Source of the DNA: a virus
Length of the DNA: 64,000 nt
Strand: one strand, 5' to 3'
IMG/VR virus record: IMGVR_UViG_3300044624_002142
Span: 70,429 to 134,428 of that record
In this document: positions 49,432-57,772 of the stretch, piece after piece
How positions within the stretch are numbered: position 1 is the stretch's first letter
Layout of the letters: each line of letters begins with the position of its first letter
Translations under genes and position numbers: made by a program
The notes under the pieces: model-generated
Told to the model about the DNA's origin: nothing
Databases searched by the model: none
The model's input: only the letters and a program-made list of their open reading frames with translations

Positions 49432-50052
49432 TCATACAATTTCATCAACAAGTCCATATTTGATACATTCTTCTGAACTTAGATATGTATCGTGTTTTAA
49501 TATTTCTACCAAATCGTTTTCAGAAATTTTTGTATGTTCTAAATATATATTTTTAATATATTTCATCAACAGTTCCATATTGTGCGTTTCATCTTTTATA
49601 GTTTCAAATGCACCCCATATTCCACCACTCAATTGATGAATCATCATGAAACTGTTTTTACGTATATACCGTTTATGGGCACATACACTCAATAAAGTTG
49701 CGGCACTTGCGCAAAATCCTTCTATATACGAGTGTACTGGCACCTTTGATGATTTTATACGATCTACCGCACTGAATGCGCTAAGAACTTCACCACCTTC
49801 ACTGTTTATAAAAATTTCAATTGGTGGAATAATTGCAAGGTTATAGTGTATACCCAACAATTGCATTGATTTGGATGTAATATCTAATTGTTTGTTAAAT
49901 GCGTATATGCTTTGACGAGTAATATCGTCATAAAAAAAAATTTGATTGTTTCCTATATTTAGATTGTCTTTTGATTGTTTTTGTGAATCTGTATCAACAT
50001 ATTCATCATCCGACGTTAGATAAAGTGGGGTGTAAGCTTTTATTTTTGTCAT
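49432..50052 (-). CDS. ClpP-like serine protease
   Basis: INSEGG, CASAAT (Ser), MIHQ (His), HDTYL (Asp), YGLVD.I. Confidence 0.85.
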   Translation of the reverse strand: MTKIKAYTPLYLTSDDEYVDTDSQKQSKDNLNIGNNQIFFYDDITRQSIYAFNKQLDITSKSMQLLGIHYNLAIIPPIEIFINSEGGEVLSAFSAVDRIKSSKVPVHSYIEGFCASAATLLSVCAHKRYIRKNSFMMIHQLSGGIWGAFETIKDETHNMELLMKYIKNIYLEHTKISENDLVEILKHDTYLSSEECIKYGLVDEIV

Positions 50053-50215
50053 AAATATTGTAGTCTGCCAATAAATATACTTTGTCATTATAAAATCCAC
50101 TCAATATTTCATCGATTTTTATAAATCGTATATCATCGTCACATATACAACACATTTTGATGATATTATCTGACTTTGTTGTTGGTGTATGACAATATGC
50201 ACAGTTAAATTTCAT
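50006..50215 (-). CDS. Small Cys-rich hypothetical protein
   Basis: CAYC...CCIC; ATG start, overlaps clpP start. Confidence 0.35.
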   Translation of the reverse strand: MKFNCAYCHTPTTKSDNIIKMCCICDDDIRFIKIDEILSGFYNDKVYLLADYNIYDKNKSLHPTLSNVG

Positions 50216-50308
50216 ATACTATCTAAAGTATACAAACGTATTATGTACATATTGTTTGTAAAACAATTGTCACCGTTGTGACACCGATGTTTCAAAAGAT
50301 AATTATCT

Positions 50309-51052
50309 TTATTTCCACCGGCTAATGTCAATCGAAGATTTGATCTCCAACTTACCATTGTTATATATCACATAGTCTCTGTTATGTGTATCCAAACACA
50401 GATTTTCACTGATCAATTCATTTTCGGTATAGTTCTTCCATGTTGGAGTTTGTTGTGGAGTGTGTCCAAAGATTTGTTTGACACCCGGAATACCTTCAAA
50501 TTCATCAAAATCACACCATACAATTCCACCGTGTTTGTTTATACCACCACGACTATATCCGGCATGAAACATTTCATGCATCTGTTCACGACGTTCAAAC
50601 GCATTTCTCAATGCAAGTTTTGCATCTTGTTCCAACCATGTCTTCAAATCACGTCCGTCAACGCTGTTTTTATTATGAAAGTGTCTATGAACACCCGCAT
50701 GACTGCATAGAATGTCATCCAACCAATGATACATCTTGATCTTTTTCCAATGATCACGTGTCATCACTGTATTTATAAGATACTCCTTGTCGGGTGTATA
50801 ACCTGAACAACGGTAGTTACGATCACGTGTACCATACATGATATCGTGATTCCCCATGAGATGAATACGGTTGGGTTGTTCAATAGACCTTACTAACCAT
50901 TCTGCCATCACAAGATTACGTTCAGCAGTGTCTCCGAAATCATCAAAGTAATCACCCAAGAAAATAATTTCATCTGGGGACTCTTCATTGATAATATTAT
51001 CAACTAACTTCCATCTTAGATGGATATCAGATATAATAAGTGTTCTTTTCAT
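50309..51052 (-). CDS. Calcineurin-like metallophosphoesterase
   Basis: SDIH, LGDYFD, GNHD, SHAG, FGHT. Confidence 0.9.
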   Translation of the reverse strand: MKRTLIISDIHLRWKLVDNIINEESPDEIIFLGDYFDDFGDTAERNLVMAEWLVRSIEQPNRIHLMGNHDIMYGTRDRNYRCSGYTPDKEYLINTVMTRDHWKKIKMYHWLDDILCSHAGVHRHFHNKNSVDGRDLKTWLEQDAKLALRNAFERREQMHEMFHAGYSRGGINKHGGIVWCDFDEFEGIPGVKQIFGHTPQQTPTWKNYTENELISENLCLDTHNRDYVIYNNGKLEIKSSIDISRWK

Positions 51053-51177
51053 TTTTTCTTTTTAGTTCTTCCCCAATTAATGTTATCGTAATTTTTGTCA
51101 TACACGCTTTTTTTAACAGGACGTGGAGAATCACCTTTTCCGTTTTGACCAGATGTATTAGAATAATTCTTCTGCAT
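51049..51177 (-). CDS. 42-aa small phage protein (GKGDSPRP motif)
   Basis: Below the ORF-track cutoff: MQKNYSNTSGQNGKGDSPRPVKKSVYDKNYDNINWGRTKKKK; ATGA overlap with next gene. Confidence 0.5.
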   Translation of the reverse strand: MQKNYSNTSGQNGKGDSPRPVKKSVYDKNYDNINWGRTKKKK

Positions 51178-51790
51178 AATCTTGAACTTTAACTATTGTT
51201 TCAGTATTTTTTGTTATTTTTGAGAAAAACTTTTCAATTTCACTATTGGAAATATTAAACCCATACTTTGCATATTTCATACAACGTGCCATAGTATGAT
51301 GCGCATTTACTACTTCATTTATCATGATAGATCGATTTTCTATAGATTCGATAGTACCTTCTGCTACAAACAGATATTTACCATCATATGCCAATTGACA
51401 AATATTCAAATCAAATTCATCTAATAGTTTACATGGTCCATCATAATACTTTCTGTGTATTAGTTGTATGACAAAAGTACGTTCATTGTATTTGACAGTT
51501 ACATTAGTTGCGTTTTTACGCAACTCCTCCTTTACGAATACAAACTTTTTACCTTCATAGTCGGATTTTAACTTTAATTTATAATCAGATAATTGATTAG
51601 AATTTTTAAAAAACAGATCGATATCGGTGGTCATTGGTAAATCAAGTTTGGTTCTAAACAATGATCCACCAGCAATCCAAGGACCGTCTTCACCTAACGG
51701 AGGTAGAATTTCTATAAGATATTCCAGTTCAGATACCTTTGGGTGATTTTCAGTCAGTAATGATAACTTGTGTTTAAAATAGTTAGGCAC
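51158..51790 (-). CDS. Nucleotidyltransferase-like protein (CCA/poly(A) polymerase head-like)
   Basis: WIAGGSL, DIDLFF, QLI, FDLNICQ, R..KY..YGF. Confidence 0.6.
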   Translation of the reverse strand: MPNYFKHKLSLLTENHPKVSELEYLIEILPPLGEDGPWIAGGSLFRTKLDLPMTTDIDLFFKNSNQLSDYKLKLKSDYEGKKFVFVKEELRKNATNVTVKYNERTFVIQLIHRKYYDGPCKLLDEFDLNICQLAYDGKYLFVAEGTIESIENRSIMINEVVNAHHTMARCMKYAKYGFNISNSEIEKFFSKITKNTETIVKVQDYAEELF

Positions 51791-51809
51791 AGTTTTTTCC
51801 TATGTCAAA

Positions 51810-51838
51810 ACTATAAGTGAAAGTAGCGTTCAAGTCAA
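51810..51838 (-). promoter_or_regulatory. sigma70-like promoter (TTGACT-17-TATAGT)
   Basis: Near-consensus hexamers, AGGA before GTG 51790. Confidence 0.55.
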
Positions 51839-52023
51839 ACTATTTTTTGATTGAGATCGATTGCACACTTATGACACAACTGTCCAGCACCATCAATATA
51901 ATTGGTCCTGAAATCTACGTTCATAGATAGTGACACATCAGTTTCGACGTTACATAAAATACACTTTTCGTTTTGTTCGACTTTGAAGTCACCGTTTTTA
52001 AGTTTGGTAATAGTATTGTTCAT
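51835..52023 (-). CDS. Small Zn-finger-like hypothetical protein
   Basis: CILC...R..YI.GAGQLC..C. Confidence 0.55.
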   Translation of the reverse strand: MNNTITKLKNGDFKVEQNEKCILCNVETDVSLSMNVDFRTNYIDGAGQLCHKCAIDLNQKIV

Positions 52024-52024
52024 A

Positions 52025-52381
52025 TTAATCTCCTTTTAAAATACGTATAGAGTCTTCATCAAAATGTTGCGTACTAAATTCAAACAGTTCAGTATCTTCG
52101 ATAGCACGCATTTGATGTACTAGACCAACTGGAATATGAAAATGGTCACCTTTGTTTAGAACTACGGATGTTGACATGTTAATATCATGATCTTTACCAT
52201 ATCGGAGTTCGATTTTACCACTTTGTACATAAAAAGTTTCATCTTTTATTTTGTGATAATGCCAACTACACTTGTGGTCTTTTACAATGTAAAGTATCTT
52301 ACCACAATACTTTTCGTTGTTTACAATCCATTTTTCAAATCCCCATCCTTTGGGTACAATTTTTAGTTTTTCAAATGCCAT
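52025..52381 (-). CDS. Cupin (mannose-6-P isomerase/lyxose isomerase-like)
   Basis: KGWG.E, YCGK, SWHYH..KDETFYV, HIP.G..HQ. Confidence 0.75.
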   Translation of the reverse strand: MAFEKLKIVPKGWGFEKWIVNNEKYCGKILYIVKDHKCSWHYHKIKDETFYVQSGKIELRYGKDHDINMSTSVVLNKGDHFHIPVGLVHQMRAIEDTELFEFSTQHFDEDSIRILKGD

Positions 52382-52386
52382 ATGAT

Positions 52387-52725
52387 TTATTTCCAAATAA
52401 CTTGTAAAGCTACAATGATACCACTCAATGCAATCAATACAAGTGTTTTGAGGTTAATTTTCTCATTAAAATATATTTGAGTCAATAACGTAAACATCAC
52501 AATTCCTATACTAAATGTGAGAATACGATTTGGCCACATCTTTCCTTCAAAATGTTCACTAATAAGTTTAACCGAATAAATTGACAACAACGTATTCGGT
52601 ATACTAATAAGTACCAACCAATTTTGATACTTTTTATACCATTCTGCAATAAACTGTCCATATAGTTGATGCCAACCAATGATATAAACAAAAGTTAATA
52701 TTCCAATTCCAAGTAGTAGTTTCAT
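52387..52725 (-). CDS. Small four-TM membrane protein (SMR/DMT-like)
   Basis: Four hydrophobic segments, ..F.E.I..K..V pattern. Confidence 0.55.
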   Translation of the reverse strand: MKLLLGIGILTFVYIIGWHQLYGQFIAEWYKKYQNWLVLISIPNTLLSIYSVKLISEHFEGKMWPNRILTFSIGIVMFTLLTQIYFNEKINLKTLVLIALSGIIVALQVIWK

Positions 52726-52967
52726 TTAATTATAAACATAGGAGTTGTGTCACCAACCCATGCGTCTGCCTGATTGTATTCATGGTACTCTTCTGCTTCT
52801 GCATAAGTCATGCCATGCGTCATGATTTTTTCAATAACTTTTTCACGGTCATATACTACTACCAATTCACGCATTTTACCGTATACAATACCATCGATAC
52901 AATCATCGAATCCATCCATAACTAGAAGATTATGTTCTTCAATCATTTCTTTAATGTGATCATTCAT
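52722..52967 (-). CDS. Conserved phage hypothetical protein
   Basis: DGFDD.I.G...VVYD..K....M..EA.EY..YN...AWVG..TP. Confidence 0.6.
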   Translation of the reverse strand: MNDHIKEMIEEHNLLVMDGFDDCIDGIVYGKMRELVVVYDREKVIEKIMTHGMTYAEAEEYHEYNQADAWVGDTTPMFIIK

Positions 52968-52970
52968 AAG

Positions 52971-54155
52971 TTATACAGCTACAGGCATTTTAATGTGTGC
53001 TTGAGGATTATAGTCCACAATATCAATGTGGTCAAACTTAATATCAAACAAATTGGTAGGACATTCTGGCTTTAAAACCAACTTAGGCAATTTACCGGGA
53101 GTTCTAGTCAATTGTTCTGTAATTCCTTCTTGTTGGTTTTCATAGATATGTACATCAGCACCACTATAAACTAATTGACTTGGAATCATATTTAAACAAT
53201 GAGCCATCAAGTGAGTAAATAGAGCATAAAAAGCGATGTTGTATGGTAAACCTAATGGTGCGTCCGTACTGCGCATATTAAAGTAACAATTCAAACGATA
53301 TTTTGGAATATAATGATCTGTAAGAAGGGAATCGTAATCTGTAAATCCATTTTTATTCCACTCATTCTTTGCTTCTTCTACATTCCATCCATTTGAAAAA
53401 ATATTAAATCTTTCTTCTAGGGTCAATTCTTCTGTACCAAACTGAATATAATTGTGACAGGCTGGCAATAGAGCATCTTCTCGGTTATTACTATGATATG
53501 GATGCCATGCGGTAATAATGATTCTACGACTATCTGGATTGTTCTTTAGTGTGTCTATTACATCAACTAACTGATCTACATGTCCAACTTCACAAGCGTA
53601 TCCACCACTTGTTTCATAATGACAATCTAATTTAGCACCAATTGTAGTTGTAGTAGGAACTTTGTTGCAATGGGGATCACTATCATCATAAAAAGGAAAC
53701 TTTCTCCACATTCCACCATAACCATATTGTCCAATGCTACCCCACGTTTTGGCAAATTCATCGTTATTGATGATTTCTTGTTCAAATTCTTTTTGTGTCA
53801 TTTCACGCACACAATTTTTTTCAAGATCCTCGATATGAACATCATAATCGGGGTCGGTGAGTGTTTTGCAATGGTTAAGATACTTTTGATAGGGCCATTC
53901 TGTCCAGAATGTAACACCATTCTTTAGAAGATACTGAATGTTAGTATCTCCTTTAATCATCCACAGTAGTTCATGCACTACACTCTTCCAGTGCATTTTC
54001 TTTGTAGTAAGTAGAGGAAATCCACTTTGTAGATTAACATACATTTGAGCACCCCAAACTTTACGGGTATTTATACCGGTTCGATTCTTGGAGAGTGTGC
54101 CTACCTCACAAATGTCATTTAGTAAGTTGATATATTGTTCTTCGTAATTATTCAT
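52971..54155 (-). CDS. thyA: Thymidylate synthase with insertions
   Basis: RTG, FPLLTTKK, ELLW, DSRRII, LPACH, RSTD..LGLPYN, DVHIY. Confidence 0.95.
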   Translation of the reverse strand: MNNYEEQYINLLNDICEVGTLSKNRTGINTRKVWGAQMYVNLQSGFPLLTTKKMHWKSVVHELLWMIKGDTNIQYLLKNGVTFWTEWPYQKYLNHCKTLTDPDYDVHIEDLEKNCVREMTQKEFEQEIINNDEFAKTWGSIGQYGYGGMWRKFPFYDDSDPHCNKVPTTTTIGAKLDCHYETSGGYACEVGHVDQLVDVIDTLKNNPDSRRIIITAWHPYHSNNREDALLPACHNYIQFGTEELTLEERFNIFSNGWNVEEAKNEWNKNGFTDYDSLLTDHYIPKYRLNCYFNMRSTDAPLGLPYNIAFYALFTHLMAHCLNMIPSQLVYSGADVHIYENQQEGITEQLTRTPGKLPKLVLKPECPTNLFDIKFDHIDIVDYNPQAHIKMPVAV

Positions 54156-54378
54156 TTTTTTGATATTTGTTGTCGATAAAGTCTATACAAGAGCTTTCCC
54201 AGTCTCTAACGTCATTGATATCGGGTCCAAATTTTGCATCATATGTTATCGTAACCTGTTGAACTGTCAACATTTTACCATCTTCACTGATAACCAATTC
54301 ACCTTCGTATGGTGCAACTCGTTCAACCCATACGTCAAATTTTTTATCAACCTTACTTTTCCATATTATATAATTCAT
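54148..54378 (-). CDS. Hypothetical protein
   Basis: Start at ATG 54378, 1 nt after the DHFR stop. Confidence 0.55.
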   Translation of the reverse strand: MNYIIWKSKVDKKFDVWVERVAPYEGELVISEDGKMLTVQQVTITYDAKFGPDINDVRDWESSCIDFIDNKYQKNE

Positions 54379-54379
54379 A

Positions 54380-54856
54380 TTATGATCTTGAATATTTGTC
54401 AACTTTGTGTCCCCCATCAAATTCAATAAACTTTGAAACCTTGTTTAAGTGTTTACCAAGTTCTGGCATATAAGTATCACCTTCATATTCACCATTAACC
54501 TGTGTAATATAAAATTCATCAATTGCGTCCATAAACACTTCATATGTCTTGGCACCACCAATTACAATTACATCACGTTTTTCAGCAACCTTCAGTATAT
54601 CAACATATGACAACGTACACATTGCGGTGTCGTTAAACGGATTGAACCAACGGTCTGTAAAGTTATCCGTCAATACCAACAACTTTCTGCCAGGAAGAGG
54701 TGGAAGTGTTCGATACGTAGTAGATCCAACAACAAGATACTGATTGGCAGTAAATGTCTTGAACCACTGAAAGTCTTCCTTGATACTTGGCCAAGGAAGT
54801 CCACCACCCCGTCCAATCAGACGGTTTTTATCCATTGCTGCAATTGCTTTAAACAT
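54380..54856 (-). CDS. folA: Dihydrofolate reductase
   Basis: IAAM..N.LIG..GGLPW..IKEDF..FK, PLPGR, VIGGA..Y, GDTY.P. Confidence 0.92.
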   Translation of the reverse strand: MFKAIAAMDKNRLIGRGGGLPWPSIKEDFQWFKTFTANQYLVVGSTTYRTLPPLPGRKLLVLTDNFTDRWFNPFNDTAMCTLSYVDILKVAEKRDVIVIGGAKTYEVFMDAIDEFYITQVNGEYEGDTYMPELGKHLNKVSKFIEFDGGHKVDKYSRS

Positions 54857-54859
54857 GGT

Positions 54860-55006
54860 GTCAAAATATAAGTTAACGATTTGAGTTGTGTTTCTACCAC
54901 AGTATGTGTGTCGGTGTCAATATGTAAATAATCGTCGGTGGGTGGTGAATAATAATCAACCATTCGACCTTCACGTTGATGGTTGTCCGGTAATCCAAAT
55001 GATCAT
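54860..55006 (-). pseudogene. Internally deleted adenylyl-sulfate kinase (CysC)-like remnant
   Basis: ATG 55006 gives MIIWITGQPST*; a shifted frame continues REGRMVDYYSPPTDDYLHIDTDTHTVVET, resembling the CysC N- and C-termini. Confidence 0.5.
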
Positions 55007-55383
55007 ACAGATACAGTTCTGTTATACCTTTCAATAATGTTACGAATATTATTTGCACCCACCGGATTCATACTATGAACCACATATGGTGGATGTTTAA
55101 TACTCTTATTGTTGCACTGATTAAGTAGAAACTGACAACAGTCATAACCAGTTTTTTCTGTGTATTGACTATAATCAATTTCATCACCATTCAATCCATG
55201 ACCATAATGTTTGTCTGCCAAATCATGATCATACGCAACGAACTCAGGAATACCCAAACTCAATATAATGTTACGAAATTCTGAATAGTTACGAATAATA
55301 GTCCACTCCACGTTAGGCAGTTTAACCCATCTAACATCATTTGGAATTCTAATATCGTCCAAAAATAAATAATACTTGTTCAT
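55003..55383 (-). CDS. Cyclic-phosphate-processing receiver-like domain protein
   Basis: LFLDD.R.P, .DHDL, TGYD, VHS.NP.G..NI; next to Pnk. Confidence 0.7.
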   Translation of the reverse strand: MNKYYLFLDDIRIPNDVRWVKLPNVEWTIIRNYSEFRNIILSLGIPEFVAYDHDLADKHYGHGLNGDEIDYSQYTEKTGYDCCQFLLNQCNNKSIKHPPYVVHSMNPVGANNIRNIIERYNRTVSV

Positions 55384-55838
55384 ACAAAATGCACTTCATC
55401 AAAACCTTCTTCTTTTGAAGGTTCAACATAATTAGTCAACATACGATCAATAACATCCACAGGAACGTTTCTGCCTCCCGTTTCCCCACGCTTTTTATTG
55501 CGTTCTATCAATGTATCACGATTCACAACAAAAACGTAGGCAGTCAATATTGCACCATGTTGCTTTGCCAAAGTAATCCAAACTTTACGTGCTTTACGAT
55601 GCATATTGGTTGCGTCAATACACACATCTTTTCCTTCACTCAAAAGTCGATCAACTTCGTTCTCCATGTGTTCAAATACACGACCACTAACAGTTTGATC
55701 GTTTTCATTCTTGCCAAATACTGCACGAAGAGCATCACTGCTCAAAAATGTGGTATCGGCATGAGTTGTCTTATACTTTTCAACCCACGTTGATTTTCCA
55801 CTTCCGGGTGCTCCAACTGTAATTATAAAGTTGTTCAT
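55380..55838 (-). CDS. Polynucleotide kinase-like P-loop kinase (AAA_33)
   Basis: GAPGSGKSTW, SSDALR, IDATN, RN..R..R.VP; start at ATG 55838. Confidence 0.85.
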   Translation of the reverse strand: MNNFIITVGAPGSGKSTWVEKYKTTHADTTFLSSDALRAVFGKNENDQTVSGRVFEHMENEVDRLLSEGKDVCIDATNMHRKARKVWITLAKQHGAILTAYVFVVNRDTLIERNKKRGETGGRNVPVDVIDRMLTNYVEPSKEEGFDEVHFV

Positions 55839-55844
55839 ATGGTT

Positions 55845-55873
55845 ACTGTATAGTAAGAAAAATAGTTTGTAAA
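55845..55873 (-). promoter_or_regulatory. sigma70-like promoter (TTTACA-17-TACAGT), leaderless
   Basis: -10 box ends 6 nt before ATG 55838. Confidence 0.45.
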
Positions 55874-55899
55874 GTCGTTTTTTATTTATATTTATCATC

Positions 55900-56688
55900 A
55901 TGGACTATAAAGACTTTTTTAAACATTTATTTGAAGCTAAAAAACCAAACGGTGATGAAGGAGACGATTGGGTTAGACCAGGCAGCGATTTGGAACCGGG
56001 AATGAAAATTGGAGGAACGAATTTTCCTCATGGATTGGGTTATCCAAATTATAGACCCAAACACAACGATGATGAAGATTTTAAAGAAACCGCACATATT
56101 GATCACATAGTTGATGTTCCATATGAACACTCAGATCAAGATGATAAAAAACGTACCGGGGTTCTTTATAAGTACATAAAAGATAAAATGCCAGAGTTTT
56201 ATCAAAAGTTTCAGTCTTACATAGACCGTCTATTTGCAGAATACGAAAATTATTGGTCCATGCACCATTGGTTAATTAGTTTTATTGATTTGGCAAAAAC
56301 CGATCCTTCTCATAAGAATATCCCCGATGAACTTAAAAACCTAAATATTACAGATCAGGATATTGAAAATGTTAAAAAAATACACGATACGTATCATAAA
56401 TTGTATAGTTTGATACATCATCGTAATGATTCTCACAATGAATTGAATTATCCGTTATACGTCAGTTTATATGATATTACAAGAGCACTAGGAGGATATG
56501 AGGAAGGTGGTTGGTGGTATGATAAATATGAATTGATTGATACTATCCCAATACGTACTCCAAGTGAATTAATACCTACCGCAGAAAAGTTATACGGAAA
56601 AATAGGTAGAAATTTTAATGGAAAACCTAGTATTGTTGTTGAAAAAGAAAGTGGCAGTCAAGAAAAAGAACCACCACACTATAGTTAA
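55900..56688 (+). CDS. Hypothetical protein with MDYKDFF..LFE N-terminus; putative internal head protein
   Basis: N-terminal motif shared with 35975 and 37982; ATATTTAT upstream; C-terminal GGYEEGGWWY. Confidence 0.6.
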   Translation: MDYKDFFKHLFEAKKPNGDEGDDWVRPGSDLEPGMKIGGTNFPHGLGYPNYRPKHNDDEDFKETAHIDHIVDVPYEHSDQDDKKRTGVLYKYIKDKMPEFYQKFQSYIDRLFAEYENYWSMHHWLISFIDLAKTDPSHKNIPDELKNLNITDQDIENVKKIHDTYHKLYSLIHHRNDSHNELNYPLYVSLYDITRALGGYEEGGWWYDKYELIDTIPIRTPSELIPTAEKLYGKIGRNFNGKPSIVVEKESGSQEKEPPHYS

Positions 56689-57704
56689 TCGTTGTATTTA
56701 AGTTCGAATGGCTCACTAATAATCTTACCAGACAAACGTCCCTTTAGAGTCTCACTATAAGTCTCTACAGTAGGACGAATTACAATACCCTCAGCTAGAT
56801 TACCATTCTCATAAACGAGATTGTTGGCAAAATTCTGCAATTCTTGAAGAGTCCTGTCGAAAAAAGTACCATCCTCAATGGTTTCAACAACAGGAATATC
56901 ATTCACATCACAAAATCTCAAAAGCTCGTTACGATCAAGATACTTGTAGTTATCAATGTCAAATAGATTGAATGCACGAAACTGAATATCCTTAACCCCA
57001 AGTAGATTTCCTTGAATGCCAGGTCCGTAAACCTCACCTTGAATGGCAAGGTTACGACCATCATTCTTCAATTTGGTCTCAAGATCATACTTTCTAGCAA
57101 CACCCCAAAAACTATTCTTATCGTCTTCTTTGAGTTGATAGTTTCGACTACAAACACCAAATCCAACATCGTTCTTGTAGAAGTAAGTTCCACTGCTACC
57201 ATCCACCTTCACAGTAATATAGTATGGCTTTCCGGTAAGCTCTTGAATGATCTCGGGATTGTTCTTAATGTTGTCTTCATCCGTCTTACGAAGATATGAA
57301 GGCATAAGACCATATACTTGTCCAGAAAGTTGTGCAGAAAGAGGCTTCTCATAGTGTTTAGCGTAAACATATTGACTTACATCACTTCCGATAACATCTG
57401 GCTCTGTAAACACAACGGTATCATGTCCAAGAGTCTTGAATAAACTCATGGGAAATGCGATACCCTGACTGATTTGACCACGAAGTTTGACGGTCTTAAT
57501 ACGGAAATTCTTGTTACGCAAGAACTCATATATGGGTTTGTCTTCAAGAACGCTATCAACGCAAATATAGATGCAAAGATCACCTTTCTTAAATTCACCT
57601 TTTTTAATACATACCTGCCACCCTTTGATCTTGGCGAGTTCAAGAGCGTCAGCATTTGGGTGAGGAATTACCTCAGCGATTTCTTCGATTGTAGCAACTT
57701 TCAT
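56685..57704 (-). CDS. ATP-dependent RNA ligase, DRB0094/Rnl5-like with N-terminal OB fold
   Basis: HPNADALELA, KLRGQISQG, KTDE, TVKVDGSS, CSRN, QGEVYG.GIQ.N, EGIV. Confidence 0.9.
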   Translation of the reverse strand: MKVATIEEIAEVIPHPNADALELAKIKGWQVCIKKGEFKKGDLCIYICVDSVLEDKPIYEFLRNKNFRIKTVKLRGQISQGIAFPMSLFKTLGHDTVVFTEPDVIGSDVSQYVYAKHYEKPLSAQLSGQVYGLMPSYLRKTDEDNIKNNPEIIQELTGKPYYITVKVDGSSGTYFYKNDVGFGVCSRNYQLKEDDKNSFWGVARKYDLETKLKNDGRNLAIQGEVYGPGIQGNLLGVKDIQFRAFNLFDIDNYKYLDRNELLRFCDVNDIPVVETIEDGTFFDRTLQELQNFANNLVYENGNLAEGIVIRPTVETYSETLKGRLSGKIISEPFELKYND

Positions 57705-57710
57705 AACCGT

Positions 57711-57738
57711 ATGTTACTCTATATATGGTTTAAGTCAA
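57711..57738 (-). promoter_or_regulatory. sigma70-like promoter (TTGACT-16-TAACAT), leaderless
   Basis: -10 box ends 6 nt before ATG 57704. Confidence 0.5.
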
Positions 57739-57764
57739 TAAAAAACCCACCTTTCGGTGGGTTT
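57739..57764 (-). terminator. Intrinsic terminator after the DUF262 gene
   Basis: Minus strand AAACCCACC-GAAA-GGTGGGTTT followed by T run. Confidence 0.8.
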
Positions 57765-57772
57765 GTGTGGTG

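Noticed and set aside
52971-54155. dCMP hydroxymethylase implying glycosylated hmC DNA
   Set aside because: Has the dUMP-specifying Asn (LGLPYNIA) and sits beside DHFR, so it reads as ordinary ThyA; its insertions lack intein motifs
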